A stretch of 64,000 nucleotides of DNA, from positions 454,301,644-454,365,643 of the forward strand of contig NC_133619.1 in the NCBI RefSeq assembly GCF_048593235.1. The letters are read 5' to 3'. Positions 37,997 to 50,552 of the stretch are shown here, one piece after another (position 1 is the stretch's first letter; each line of letters starts with the position of its first letter). The DNA comes from Sminthopsis crassicaudata (Eukaryota). A model generated the notes under the pieces. That model worked only from the letters and a program-made list of their open reading frames with translations. It was not told where the DNA came from and ran no database searches. Made by a program: the position numbers and the translations under genes.

Positions 37997-38038
<42 letters not shown>
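37997..38038 (+). repeat. (AC)21 microsatellite
   Basis: Read directly. Confidence 0.95.
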
Positions 38039-38039
<1 letters not shown>

Positions 38040-40319
38040 ACTGATTTCTATTAATTATCCTTTTTCCTCAAGGAGATTTAAGTACAAGGAAAAGAAAACT
38101 GTCGTCTTTAAAAAGATAATGTAACATCTGATGTATTGGTTGTTTTGCTGAACTGCTTTTTTCTTTCTTTTTTATATTCTATGCTACAGGAAATAGCTTA
38201 TTATTGAATATTTTTGAAAATTTAATATGATATAAAAACAAAAAATGCCAAATGTTTTAAAGTTTAAGTATGTACAATACACACTCTAAGATCTCTAGTT
38301 TAAAGACACAAAGTCTATGAAAGAAAAGAAACATACATGTCAAGAATTCCTGAGGTGTAATCCCATTCCTCTGCTAACAGAATCTACCATATAATAAAGA
38401 AGCTATTTTAGAATTATGAAGAGATGAGGATAAGTGTGAAATTATGCTGTCTTGCTACACATATAACTGTTGATACTAATATAATGGAAATTCCTGAAAC
38501 AATACATAATACAACCAACTAAGAGGAAAGAATTCAACGAATATGAAATGTTTTTATATCACAGTAGCAAAGCTTTTTGCACACATATAGTAGATGAAAG
38601 TTATCTATGGCACTGGCTAGACACAATTTTGAAATGACTAATTTACTTTTATGAGGCAGAAATCAACCGATAGTTTAACATTGTGGTGATGCTCAGTAAT
38701 ATTGATCTCAAAATACACATCCAGACATGTTAAAACATGAGCCAAATTCTGCTCTTCGATTCACACATACAGTTTTCATTGGAATTAATAGGATATGCAT
38801 ATCATGAGGATGAATTTGGGCTTTGACATGAAGCTTTGCAGGAGCCTTCCACCCTAGCTGGAAATAAGAGTGTGAAAGGGATTAATTTAACCTGAAGTTT
38901 TCTACTTCGCAGAATCAAAATATTTCCTATGCATTTCAGCTGAATAATTTAAACTTGTAAAAACAAGTTAGAAGGAGGTTTTTGTTTTGTTTTAATTTTA
39001 GCTTCTTTATAGTCAACTCTATCTCAGTTCCTAACAACACAAATCCTTCTGCCTGAATTTTTCAAATGTAACAGTAGGCAAAAACTAGATTTCTAAAGAG
39101 AGAGGCATTCTAAAGACACACATAATGCTACCAATACCTCTAGTAGTTACAGTGATTTCTGAGCTGTTGATCTTTATGGTTGATCAGCTAATCCAGTCTG
39201 ACCACAATAATGATCATCACCATCATCATCATCTCAAAGTCAAGGAAAAATTCTTGTACCACAGAAGAGTGGATTGAAAATCTATTGAGTTTTTAGAATC
39301 ACTTCACCAATACCCAAACAAGGTCAGACTCTTGCTTCAGTGTCTCAGCAATTCTGCCAATGGCAACAACATAATTCTATCAAATTCTATTTTTTTTGGA
39401 AAGTCAGGGATAAGAAAAATGTAAAACAGGGATTTAGATAGGAGCTTCATTTCACTGTCTCTTCCTATCTTGGCAGAATTCACCTCCTTTAAAAGAAAAA
39501 TCACGAAAATAGGAAATAGACCTTCAAAATAAGCCAAAGGCACATGAATATGTGAAGTAATTAGAAAGGGATCTCAAAAATGCTATAACATCAAATTCAA
39601 CAGACACTTCAATTTTACCAGTGTTTTAAAATGACAGATTTATGGTGTGTTTTCTTTTAATGAAAGTCATTCATGGTATCCATAATGAAAACAGGAGACA
39701 GAAACAAGCAGACTTTTTTTTGCAGACAGTTTATTTTGCAGACAATATCTTTATGGTCACATAAGTGACTGAGGTTTAGAGAATATAAGATCCCACTGTG
39801 TTTATTGTTTGCTTTTTTTAGGAAAGCATTTGATGTGGTCAAACAAAATGTAGTCCTGAAAACTCTCCTCAGACAAGGTGTCTCCAACTCATACACTACA
39901 ATCATTTAAGACCCTATGACAGATACCACTACAAAAATAGTTTTTATTTAATGACCTCCTGAGTACTGACATAAAGTATGTTAAAAATAGTACTACATGT
40001 TCTAAAGTTTTTTTCAATGTCATGAAATATGTACCAAATAAAGAAAAAAATATTCTCTTTTGATGGAGATATCCTCTAAATGTTTCTATTTATAAATGAT
40101 ACAGTAATTATATCGAGCCCCAGAATACTTAAGAGCCTTCTCAATGAAATTCACAGAAATACCAAAAAACAAAACAAAACAAAACAAAACCCAACCCAGA
40201 TTTATCAAGCTATGCTATAAAAACAAAGTGGATGAAAAAAGCACAGTAGTTTGGTTAAGTATAATATGAAAAAGAATGTGTAGACTGTTGAATTAGACAT
40301 TTAAACATAAAGGTAAATT

Positions 40320-40323
<4 letters not shown>

Positions 40324-40375
<52 letters not shown>

Positions 40376-40420
40376 TGTAGTGTATATATGTATATATACA
40401 CATATGAATATATACATGTG
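40324..40420 (+). repeat. (TA)n microsatellite with degenerate TA/TG tail
   Basis: About 23 pure TA units (40324-40369), then mixed units. Confidence 0.95.
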
Positions 40421-40589
40421 TGTGAGATGTGGCAAACACTTCTAATGATTTAGAATTTAGTGAAAATAGGAGGAAAAAGTTGAAGTGAATTACACTTGAA
40501 AAATAGAGTGGTAATTGCAATTGTTCTCAAACTGCCCATTGCCATAAAAACTAGACACTTTAACACCAATGACTTTGCACTGAAACTAG

Positions 40590-40690
40590 CTTACTGTAAA
40601 TCACAGATTACTATAATCTGAGGTTTAAATTACAAATTACCTATTTGTAATTTAAACCTCAGATTATAGTAATTTGTGATTTACAGTAAG
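40590..40690. repeat. Inverted repeat: 48-bp arms, 5-nt loop, 1 mismatch
   Basis: Left arm 40590-40637, loop TACCT at 40638-40642, right arm 40643-40690. The only mismatch is G40606 opposite T40674. Confidence 0.97.
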
Positions 40691-40803
40691 AAGGTAATGG
40701 AAAAATTCATGTAAGAAATAAATAATCTACCCTTATGTTACAAGCAAGCAGTATGGTATAATATGACCCAAATACTAAATTCTGATACCAGAAATACAAA
40801 ATG

Positions 40804-40905
40804 GGGGGAGGGGGAGAGAGAGAGAGAGAGCGAGAAGGAAGGAGGGAGGGAGACAGGGAGGCAGGAAGAGAGGGAGGGAAGGAAGGAGGGAGGGAAAGAG
40901 GAAGA
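40804..40905 (+). repeat. Polypurine (GA/GGAA/GGGA) tract
   Basis: ggggagggggagagagagag...ggaaggagggagggaaagaggaag. Confidence 0.9.
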
Positions 40906-41224
40906 TCAGGTACATTTATTACATCTTGGTCAATGTGCTAAGTGTTGGGATCTGGATGAGCTTTGGTAACTCATTCCACTTGTCTACAACTTAGTCATTT
41001 CATATATAAATTGAAGAAGCTGAATTTAGTGAGCTCTAAGGTCCTTTCCAGCTCTAAATCTAAACCATATATGTAAAATGTCATAAAAGAAAATTGATGA
41101 AAGTAGCTGGTAAGATAGCAATGAGGCAAAGATGGAAAGTCTGAATGATCCATTAGTACTTTAAAGTTCATGATCTAAAAATTATAAACAATATAAGAAT
41201 GAAAATAATCACAAAGGATAAGAA

Positions 41225-41680
41225 ACAAACAAGCAAGCAATCAACAAGCATTTATTAAGTACCTACTATGTGCCAAGAGCTATACTGTTAAAAATATAAA
41301 TATTAAAAAAAAATGAAAAAACTCCCTGTTTTCAGGAATCCTATATTCTTTTGAGGGATATAATGTACATATTAAAAATTAATTACAGAGTAAATGTAGA
41401 GATAATAAATACAAGAAAGGGTATAAAGTTTGGTGAAGGAAGTGAAAGATCATACGAAGTGCAGGTAAAGAGATATTTTATTCTAGGTATGGGAAGAAAG
41501 CAGTACAAAAACATGGTGATGTGAGATGAAATACACTTTATGAAGAATAAAGTCAGTTTGGCTGAAGCATAGAGCATGAGATGGGGTAAAATGTACAATG
41601 AGAGCAGAATTTGGTTACAGCCAAATTTTGAAGGGTTTTAAAAGTGAAACAGAAGAACTGGTAGTGCATTGAATTAGAAG
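41225..41680 (-). mobile_element. L2 LINE fragment
   Basis: caatcaacaagcatttattaagtacctactatgtgcc...gttacagccaaattttgaagggttttaaaag. Confidence 0.8.
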
Positions 41681-41822
41681 GCTACTCTTTTTGGCGACTA
41701 GAAAAGTCAAATTTGATTCCACATTTATTTGCTGTGTGATTCTGGGGAAGTCTCAATTTTTGTAATGTATAAAATGAAGGGGTTGGATTCTCTTTGAGAT
41801 CTCTTTCAGCACTATATCTGTA

Positions 41823-41853
<31 letters not shown>

Positions 41854-41867
41854 TTATATATAATCAC

Positions 41868-42248
41868 TTTTATATTTTAGAATAGCTTTTCATTTTCAAA
41901 ATACATGCAAAGGTAATTTTCAGCATTCATTCTTGCAAAACTTTGTGTTCCAAATTTTTTCCCTTTTTTTTTTCCCTTACTGGCCTCCCTTGGACACCAA
42001 GTAATCCAGTATAGGTTAAACATGTGCATTTCTTCTAAACATATTTCCATTGTGCCATTATCATGCTGAATAAAAAAAATCAGATCAAAAAAGGAAAATA
42101 GTTTGAAAGAAAAAAAAAAAACAAGCGAATAACAAAAAAGATGAAAATTACTATGTTGTGATCTATATTCAGTGCTCATAATCCTTTTTCTGGATGCCTA
42201 TCATTCTCTCCATCCCAAATCTATTGAGACTGAATGAATCACCTCATC
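41868..42248 (-). mobile_element. Marsupial L1 3' UTR fragment
   Basis: aatagcttttcattttcaaaatacatgcaaagg...ttcttgcaaaactttgtgttccaaatttttt. Confidence 0.85.
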
Positions 42249-43062
42249 AGATCTATATCTTTAATTCTATAAACCCAAGAAAATAGAGAGCTACTGAAGT
42301 TTACTCAGGGGAGCAACCATTATGGATAGAACACCTATCCCAAGGATATCACAATTCCAAAGCACCATGAGTGAAATAATCTACAGCAGAAAAGGTCACT
42401 TAATGTAGCTTGAGTTAAATTATCACCCTGATTTCTGAATTCTTCTCATGTAAGGGTAAGGCACCTACCAACTTTTAAAATACCTTTGCATATAAAAGAG
42501 CTCTCCAGAAGAGGAAAGGAATTTAAGTGAGACTTCCAAAGCTCCTATCATTCAATAAATGCTGAAAGGAATAAACCCATCCACTTCTCTATTTTGACTG
42601 GCTCTCAAATTACCTTCCTTGGCTAATAATTTAAATGTATTGCCAATAGTGAATTCTTTTGGAATGTTGAGTTTTTCAGAATTTGAGCATCTTGGAATTA
42701 CAGCAAAGTAAAAATAGTTGGGCATATTTCCTGGCTTAGATTTTTTCCCAATGTACCTAAAGATGAAACATTCCATAAGCTTATATGATTTACAACTATT
42801 TTAATGAGTTATAGAAATATGATACAAATTAGGAAGTTAGACATATCATGTAATAATTACTAACCCACATGCTCAGTGTCTAAAAGAAGGCAGGGGAAAT
42901 CTATTGAGCAATAGAATATATTGGGTCTCTATTTCCATTTGCCTTCTATTTGGATTTCATGGAAGTCTATGTTTGTGAGGGAAATTCTGAATATATTTAT
43001 AATAGATAAATATTGTTAGAAGAAGTTATCTGTCTGGAAATTATAGCTGAAATATCTGGAAT

Positions 43063-43131
43063 TCTTCCTTCCCTTTTTCCTTCCTTCCTCTCTCCCTCCC
43101 TTCCTCCTTCCTTGCTTTCCTCTTCCCCTCT
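43063..43131 (+). repeat. (CCTT/CCT)n polypyrimidine tract running into a gap
   Basis: Read directly. Confidence 0.9.
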
Positions 43132-43357
43132 NNNNNNNNNNNNNNNNNNNNNNNNNNNNNNNNNNNNNNNNNNNNNNNNNNNNNNNNNNNNNNNNNNNNN
43201 NNNNNNNNNNNNNNNNNNNNNNNNNNNNNNNNNNNNNNNNNNNNNNNNNNNNNNNNNNNNNNNNNNNNNNNNNNNNNNNNNNNNNNNNNNNNNNNNNNNN
43301 NNNNNNNNNNNNNNNNNNNNNNNNNNNNNNNNNNNNNNNNNNNNNNNNNNNNNNNNN
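43132..43357. other. Assembly gap (226 N)
   Basis: Run of N. Confidence 1.
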
Positions 43358-44034
43358 GCCTAGGATCATACAGCTAGTAAATCTGAACTTAGGTTCTTCT
43401 GAATGCAGGGCTAGTGCTCTGTCCACTATGCTACCTAGCTGCCCCATAATATCTGGGAATTCTTAATAAAAACTGAGGGAAATCCAATGTTTTCTAAAGT
43501 ATATATGAAACCAAGAAAAAAAAAAGTTATGTTCTAGAGAATTCCCAAGAGTTGTTTTGATTTAATGAGATTTAAATAGGTATCAAGAAGTAAAAATGGA
43601 ATTGTTCCTATCTTAACCAGGTAGAAAAAGAAATTACCTCCCTGTTGCTAAAAGATGAAGGTTGATTAGATTAAGTAAAGTGTCTCCTTCAATGTATTTT
43701 CAGTAGTCTGACTTAATTACATTGTTGAATACTCAGTTGTCCATTTCATGTACATGAACAAAATATTTAATTGCAAGCTATGCTTAGTTATCTTATTATA
43801 AGATAGTCATAATATAACTCCTTGTGGGCAAGAATTATCATTTTTATTTCATATCCCTATGTCTAGTATCTAGTCCACACTAAACATTTAATAAATGCTG
43901 CTTGGTCATTATTATTTGCTCCAAATCTTATAAAATAAGCTTTTTTTTTTTTTTTACATGTAATCTACAAGTATTTACCAAGTACTTACTATGTGCTAGA
44001 TACTGTAAAACATTGTTTTGTTTTATTTTGTCTT

Positions 44035-44295
44035 CAAGCAACTTGGTGATATAGTGGACAGAAAGCTGGATCTGAAGTTGAAAAGTTAAGTTCAAATCCA
44101 TCCTCAGACTCTTATGACAAGCTGTGTGACCCTAGACAAGACATTTAACCTTGCTAATCTTCTGTTTCGTCATCTTTAAAATAAGTGGGGAAGGAACATT
44201 AATAGCTCCTATCATCCAGGGTTATTGTAAGAATCCAATAAGATAATATTTATAATGTGATTTGCAAACTTTAAAGTGTTGTATTATTATTACAT
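44035..44295 (+). mobile_element. MIR SINE
   Basis: ggtgatatagtggacagaaagctgga...gttcaaatccatcctcagac...gctgtgtgaccctagacaag...tttgcaaactttaaagtg. Confidence 0.85.
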
Positions 44296-45479
44296 TCAGA
44301 ATATCTATCTTTTATTTATTTTCTCTGAATCTTTCTACCAGTTTTCTCCTGGTTTACTTTAAAACTCTGACCTAACACTTAAGGTTAAACAAAGTGAGTC
44401 ATTCATTCAAGGAATTTAGAATTTCCCTCACAAACATAGACTCCCATGAAATCCAAGCAGAAAGTAAATCATAAATTTGTTCTTTTTAGTCATTTTATTA
44501 TAAGCTATCACACGAGCAATAAAAAGCATGGGAAAAATAATGCATCGTGTTCAAATGTACCCTCCTTTTTACCTTGAGAATCACAACAGGTAATAAGTAT
44601 GTTTACAAGCCTCTTATTCTCCCAACCTTGAAAGATTTTGATTACTGTACATTATAAGGTTTCTTGATCTCTCAAAGCATATAGAATGTATAATGCTTCT
44701 ATGTAAATAACTTCTTCTTGAATATGAGCTAACTAATACTCATAAATTTGGGTATGGCATTGTGTGGAGAGTCTATGCAGTTTGCCTGACTTATAAATAA
44801 ACAGATTGCAATAATCCCTACCTAAATGTGAATACTAGAGCTTTATACAATGGCTTGAAATAATTAACTTAAAATTAATATGTTTAAGTTAATTTATTCT
44901 GGAATTCTTTATAGTTACTAATTTTGTACCTGATCATACCTTTTGCCCTCCCTCTTACCTCAGCTTTTCTTAGACTGTCTACATAAAGACAAACATAGAG
45001 TAGCTTGTGTTTCTATGAGTTTTACAATTTGCAAATAGTTTTCTTGATGACAACCCTATAAGATGAGTATCAACATCTCCATTTTCTAGATGAGGGAACT
45101 ATGCATAGTTATGCTGCTATGGTTTTAACACTGGTTCTGAAAAAAAAAAGCATGAACGATACACTTTAAGTTTAATCTTCTCTATTAATATTTTTTCCAA
45201 TAATGTATTGTCTCTAGACAATCAATAAAATAATAAATAAAGTCCTACTTTGTAACATTTTCCAATTTCAAAGGTGTGAATGCTAATATGGAAAATTTAA
45301 CAACCAGCTCTCATGAACCTGTACAAACTGTCTCTATCAGACAGGGAAAATAACTTGTATATAGCCATGCAATGAAAGATTCTGACTTAAATTTGCTGAC
45401 TCACAGACTAGTGTTCTTTTCACTCTACTATACATGTACAAGTGTATGCATGCATGTAAACATACAAATAAGTACAGAC

Positions 45480-45516
45480 ACATATGTCTATCTGTGTGTA
45501 TACATATATATGTATA

Positions 45517-45547
<31 letters not shown>

Positions 45548-45552
45548 ATACA
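45480..45552 (+). repeat. Compound (TA)/(TG)/(TATG) microsatellite
   Basis: Read directly. Confidence 0.85.
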
Positions 45553-46249
45553 AGATCCCAGGAGAGAGAAACAAGAAATTTTCAACCAACAAATGATGAC
45601 ATTTATTCAGAGAATATGGTAAAGGATTGAGTTGGCAGAAGACTGAATATGTTGGATGTTTCAAAAAAATGTTTGTTTTATCTATGGAGTTTATTTATTT
45701 GTTTTGAATTAGGAGGAGTTTTATGCTTAGGAAGTATCTTGTTACCATGATGATAACACTTCCTATACTTCCCTAGGTAGATCGCCACTTCTGGTGTGTT
45801 CACACCACCATAGCTGGGATCCATAGCAACTAGACTCCTGCTGTACCCTCCACTGATTCAGCTCTCAGTGTGGGAGGGAGATGAATAAAAACTAGATAGC
45901 ATCAAATTATATATTCATGTCCACTTATCTTAAGTCAAAACCCAGCAGCATTTTGGATACAACCAAATTCTTCTTTCTTCATATGAAAGTTTTTAAAGCT
46001 TGAAATAGATTTTGTCAGGTACCTTTGCTCTTTATTTTTTAAGCATATTGATACTTTTCAAAAGGAAAACAATATGTGTTTTGGATTAATTTATACATCT
46101 CAAAACACATCATCAAAATGCTTATCATGGGTTTTTTCATAAGACAATTTAATGTTGAATGTGTCTTGCAAACCTTTTCATTCTCCATTTAGTCTATAAC
46201 TCCCCCAAGGAAAAAAGAAAACAGGAAATCATGTTTTCCAAAAAAAAAG

Positions 46250-46420
46250 GCCATCTTAGTATTAATAGACATGAGCTCAAGTTTCACCTCTGACATATAT
46301 TAGCTGTGTGATCCTAGTCAACTCACTTAAATTCTCAGCATCCTAGGCAATTTTCTAAGACTATAATTTGCAGCAAAGTTATAAATCTGCCATGGTGGAG
46401 GGAGCTATGGAAATCTGGAA
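46250..46420 (+). mobile_element. Mar3/WALLSI4-like SINE
   Basis: tagctgtgtgatcctagtcaactcacttaa...ctaggcaattttctaagactataa.ttgcag...ggtggagggag. Confidence 0.7.
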
Positions 46421-46744
46421 CAAAAAAGTGACATTAAAAATGTAAAAGACCCAAAGTAAAACTGAAACTTAGGATGAGAAACTTATTAACATAAAAATTT
46501 AGTTTTAGAGTAAATTTAATTTATTTTAAAATACTAAATCTAGGTTAGAAATTAAGAGAGAAACTGATTTCTGGGAACAAATTTTTTTATCTTCTATTGT
46601 CTACATTTATTCTCCTTCTTAGGAAGCAATTAATTATACATAGCCTTTTTCTAGACCACTAAATATCTCTAAATCTATGATGCTATGGTCACCCATGTAG
46701 CTAAATCAATGCCTTTGGCTCCTTGAAAATTATAGCAATAAGAT

Positions 46745-46895
46745 CAAAGAAACATAAATCTAGGGCTGGATTAAACTTTACAAGTCATCTGGTCTACTTT
46801 GCTACTTTTATCAATGAGAAAACAGCATCACAGAAAGTTTGAGTGAGTGGTAGAACTGGGATTTAAACTCAAGTCTTTCCCTTGCTCTATACTAA
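46745..46895 (-). mobile_element. MIR3-type SINE
   Basis: cataaatctagggctgga...gtcatctggtcta...ctgggatttaaactcaagtc. Confidence 0.6.
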
Positions 46896-48224
46896 AGTAA
46901 ATGGAAAAAAGAGTGAAAGGACAAAAACCTTTATAAGAGTTATTAAACAAAACTTGTAGGGGATTAAAAGTAATTTGGTAAAAAAACAAAAAGGCAACTA
47001 TTTGTTATTTAGTTCTTTTATTTCTTTTTAAGTAATTTAAAAATCAACCAATGTAAATTAACCAAATGTAAGTAAATATCATGTCCAGAACTCAGTGAAT
47101 AAGAAAACTCCATAGGTACTTGTTAAAAATTAAAATGCACTGATGATGTGGCATTAATACTTTTGTGTTATATTAAATCATTCCTAAAATATTCAAAGAT
47201 GCTAACACACAATCATCAAGCTATCAAACTTATTATGAGATAAGATTAAAAGTTCTTTGAAAATCTTAATATTATTGCTCTTATTATTATTATCACTGGA
47301 ATTATTTCTGTGAGAACTTATGAACAATAATATAATATAAATAATATTAAGAACAACAATAAGAACAATAAGAATTAAAAACAATAAACATGGGTGTGAC
47401 TACAAATGGAAAGTATTTTAGAAGGTGATCTTGTGAATAATGGTTCAAGAACAATGAGAATCCCTTTCTCCCAAGGTATACTAGAAATCAAAATACTGTA
47501 TGTTTAAAATTGTTTCCATGTGATCTTCTGTAGCCTACCAATAAACAGGCTGAAAGATATAGTTCATGGCACACCAGAACAAACAGCTCATTAGCCCCTC
47601 AACCTAACTCATAAAAAGAAAATGGAGACATGTGTTTTTCAGGAAACCAGAAGTAGGAAAGAAGTATATCAGTTTTTATCCAACAGAAATTGCCAATTTG
47701 CACTCCCAGAAGCAGGAATCAATGCATACCCTAGTGACCAGGTGGGAGTTTCACAACTTCTCACCTTCACACATGCAAGGGAGCTACTTGCACAAGAGAC
47801 AAGTCTGTAACTATTTTGTGCTCCATTTCAATAACACCTTAAGTCAGGAGAACGGAATTGCAGAATTTTTCAAAGAGGTGCTATAGCTCAATGTTTCTTC
47901 TAAACTGTGATGTAAAATAAAGTCTGCTTCATAGGAAAGCAGACTTTCTGGTTTCCAGCCAAGAGGAATTTAGAGGAAGAAAGACAGAAAAGGGGCAAAG
48001 AGAAGTGGTTAGTAAATATTATATTCCTAAAGTGTACCAGGTTATATAACTGCTATATTCATACTTCCATGTCAACTGAATCAAAGAAAACTATGGGAGA
48101 AATAGCATTTAATTACAATGAGATTGAATGGATAAATTTAACGAGAGGTAGTTGGATAGAAATTTTGTCTTAAGATCATGAAGATATGCATTCAAGTTTT
48201 TCTGGGGGCACATAATGGCTGTGA

Positions 48225-48600
48225 TTCCCTGGAATTCACTTAACTCCTCAATGCTCTAGTCAACTTTCTTAAGACTCTAAGTTGCAGAGAAAGTGCTGAC
48301 CTATGTTGGCACAAAAAGTTTCCTTAATTGAGAGTGCTTTAGATAATGAAATCAAAGGTAAATATCCTTCTTCTATCCAATAGAGGAAACAAATGAAGCA
48401 TACTAGGTCACATCTATATATTACCTTAACATTCAGAAAGTGCTTTTCTCTCAATAACCATCTGGAACAGGTGGTTAAAAGGCATCATTTTCTCTTTATA
48501 AAGGCAGAAACTGAAGCTTAGAGAGACTAATTGACTTGTCAAGATTTCAAAAAAAGTATCAGACCCAGGTCTCCTTATTCCTGATATGCCATATTTGTAA
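48225..48600. mobile_element. Mar3-like (+) and MIR-like (-) SINE fragments, back to back
   Basis: cacttaactcctcaatgctctag...ctaagttgcagagaaagtgctgacc; cagaaactgaagcttagagagactaattgacttg. Confidence 0.55.
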
Positions 48601-49499
48601 CCATTGAGAAAATTGTTAAACTATCCTTTCACTGATTAATTAATCACAAATCTATAAATGACTATAGGTAATACATTATATACTAGGTTCTATGAGAAAT
48701 ACAAAGATATATATTCAATACAGTTTACAATCTAGTTAGAAAGAGGACAGGTGTATACATATAGATTACTAAAATTTGAAAATAATAAATGTTAAATCCA
48801 AGTGAGTATTACAGAATCAAACAAATTCTTTTTTTCTAATCCTCATTTTAAAAATAAGAGTTAAAAATCTTTGTCTCCTGGAATTTTCTCAAGTAACATT
48901 TTAAGAGTTTCTCTAAAAATTATTTTAGATGATATCAGTGGGAAAATGATGATCAGACAAATAGTAAAAGACTTAGGACTAGTATTCACATAACCAGTCT
49001 CTCATCTGATATTTCTTCCATTTAACTTGCAGATTATCTTTGCCAGCCCCATATTTTTCTACATTTTTTAATCAGACCCATCCATGAACACATCATAAGA
49101 GCTGGGGTAAGCTTGGATGTAGAGGAGCTTGCACTTCAACCAAAAATTGACAGCTTTATTGGAACAATGTAATTTGGCTTGTGTTGGCCTAAGAGCAATC
49201 ATGATCCATGCCGTATAATATGCAGACATAACACGTGTGTGTGTGTGTGTGTGTATATGTATGTATATGTATATGTGTGTGTGTATTCTACCTGGTACTT
49301 GATGTGCACCAGACCTTTTCCGTATAACACCTATTTGACATAGTTATTTGGTGGTTGATCTTCCATAACATTATCATTTATTCACAGGTTTTAATTATTA
49401 GCCATTGGAGAATACCTTAAAGTAAATTTGTTTCCAGAAAAAAAAAGAATGAAATACTGGGAGGATTTGGAAAGATTTATTTTGAAGGTCAGAATTTTT

Positions 49500-49760
49500 T
49501 TCTAAAGATTCAACTACAGTTAGGTCTTTAACCTGTCATCTTTGCACCTGAGACAAGTGTAAAACAAGAGGGTTGAAGAAGATCAGGGAGGAGGTCACCT
49601 GGGAAGTGTCCATTAAGAAAAAAAGAAGGTCTTGGAAATTACTTACTCATTATTCTTGCTAGATGCTGAAAATAATTTGTTATTAAACAGTTGAGAGCCC
49701 AAGAGTTGTAAATGCTGTGATAGATGACTTTCTAGGCCAGGGGAAAGGCCCTAGCTGAAT
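49500..49760 (+). mobile_element. Decayed CR1-type ORF2 fragment
   Basis: KIREEVTWEVSIKKKRRSWKLL resembles CR1 L...VPWE..L.GK....W.LFK. Confidence 0.4.
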
Positions 49761-50309
49761 AATCCTAACTACAGCTTTGACTACACTCTAGATGAATGAC
49801 TATTGTAGCTTCTGTTTATGCTCCTATAACACTTTGGCCATTACTGGGAAAGAAGTGTCATTATATTTACAAAGCAACTTTATTTTAAAAAGCATTTAAT
49901 TATTATGTCATTCTTTTCAAAATTTTAATATTATTTCCCTTCCCATAAGTATGTCAAAATTAATGAAGGTGATTTTGCCAAAACAAATTATTGTCTTCTT
50001 GACTTTTTAGACTAGAAACTTAGAAAATGCATCTTGCACATTATCTATTCCAACTTCCCTTCCCATACAAGAACTTTCTCTGCTATGTCCCTGAGCACTG
50101 GTCATCCAGCCTCTTGTTCAAGTTAGTGACAAATTACTCATTAGGAATCCTCATTTGGGGGCAGCCTAATCTTACTAGCCTCAAAACTCCCTGCACTTTC
50201 TATTTCTGTCCCTTATTCTCCCATGAGGAAGTTTTGTGGCAGTACACCTGCCCTTCCTCCTTCTTTCTATGTGTTTGGCCATTGGTCCTCCCTCTACTAA
50301 TTTAGATTA

Positions 50310-50552
50310 TTTCGCCCAGTAAGGAGAATATTAGGACTGGAGTCAGGAAGACCCAAGTTCAAATGGAACTTCAGACACTTGCTGTGTGACCCTGGGCAAA
50401 TCACTTAATCTTTGACTGCCTCAGTTTCCTCAACTGTAAAATGTAGATCATAACAACATTTACCTTATAGAGTTTTTGTGAGGATTGAATCTTTGTAAAA
50501 TGCTTATCACAGTGCCTGGAACATAGCAAGTACTTAATAAACGCTAGTTCCT
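50310..50552 (+). mobile_element. MIR-family SINE with L2-like tail
   Basis: ggactggagtcaggaagacccaagttcaaat...ctgcctcagtttcctcaactgtaaaatg...acagtgcctggaacatagcaagtacttaataaa. Confidence 0.85.

Larger units (their letters stand above)
39670..40760 (+). mobile_element. Decayed RTE-clade LINE, RT region
   Basis: REYKIPLCLLF...KAFDVVKQNVVLKTLLRQGVS, TTTKIVLFND, SPRILKSLLNEIH, KTKWMK, KLP...HFNTN, KLQIT, KVMEKFM follow the RTE RT consensus order. Confidence 0.85.

Noticed and set aside
24347-43447. Long ORFs containing X runs (at 24347, 29938-30227, 43013)
   Set aside because: Artefacts of N gaps. The identical 134-N size of two gaps is a scaffolding estimate, not biology.
44862-44894. 12-bp AT-rich hairpin (aattaacttaaa / tttaagttaatt)
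   Set aside because: Almost entirely A/T, so expected by chance in this composition.
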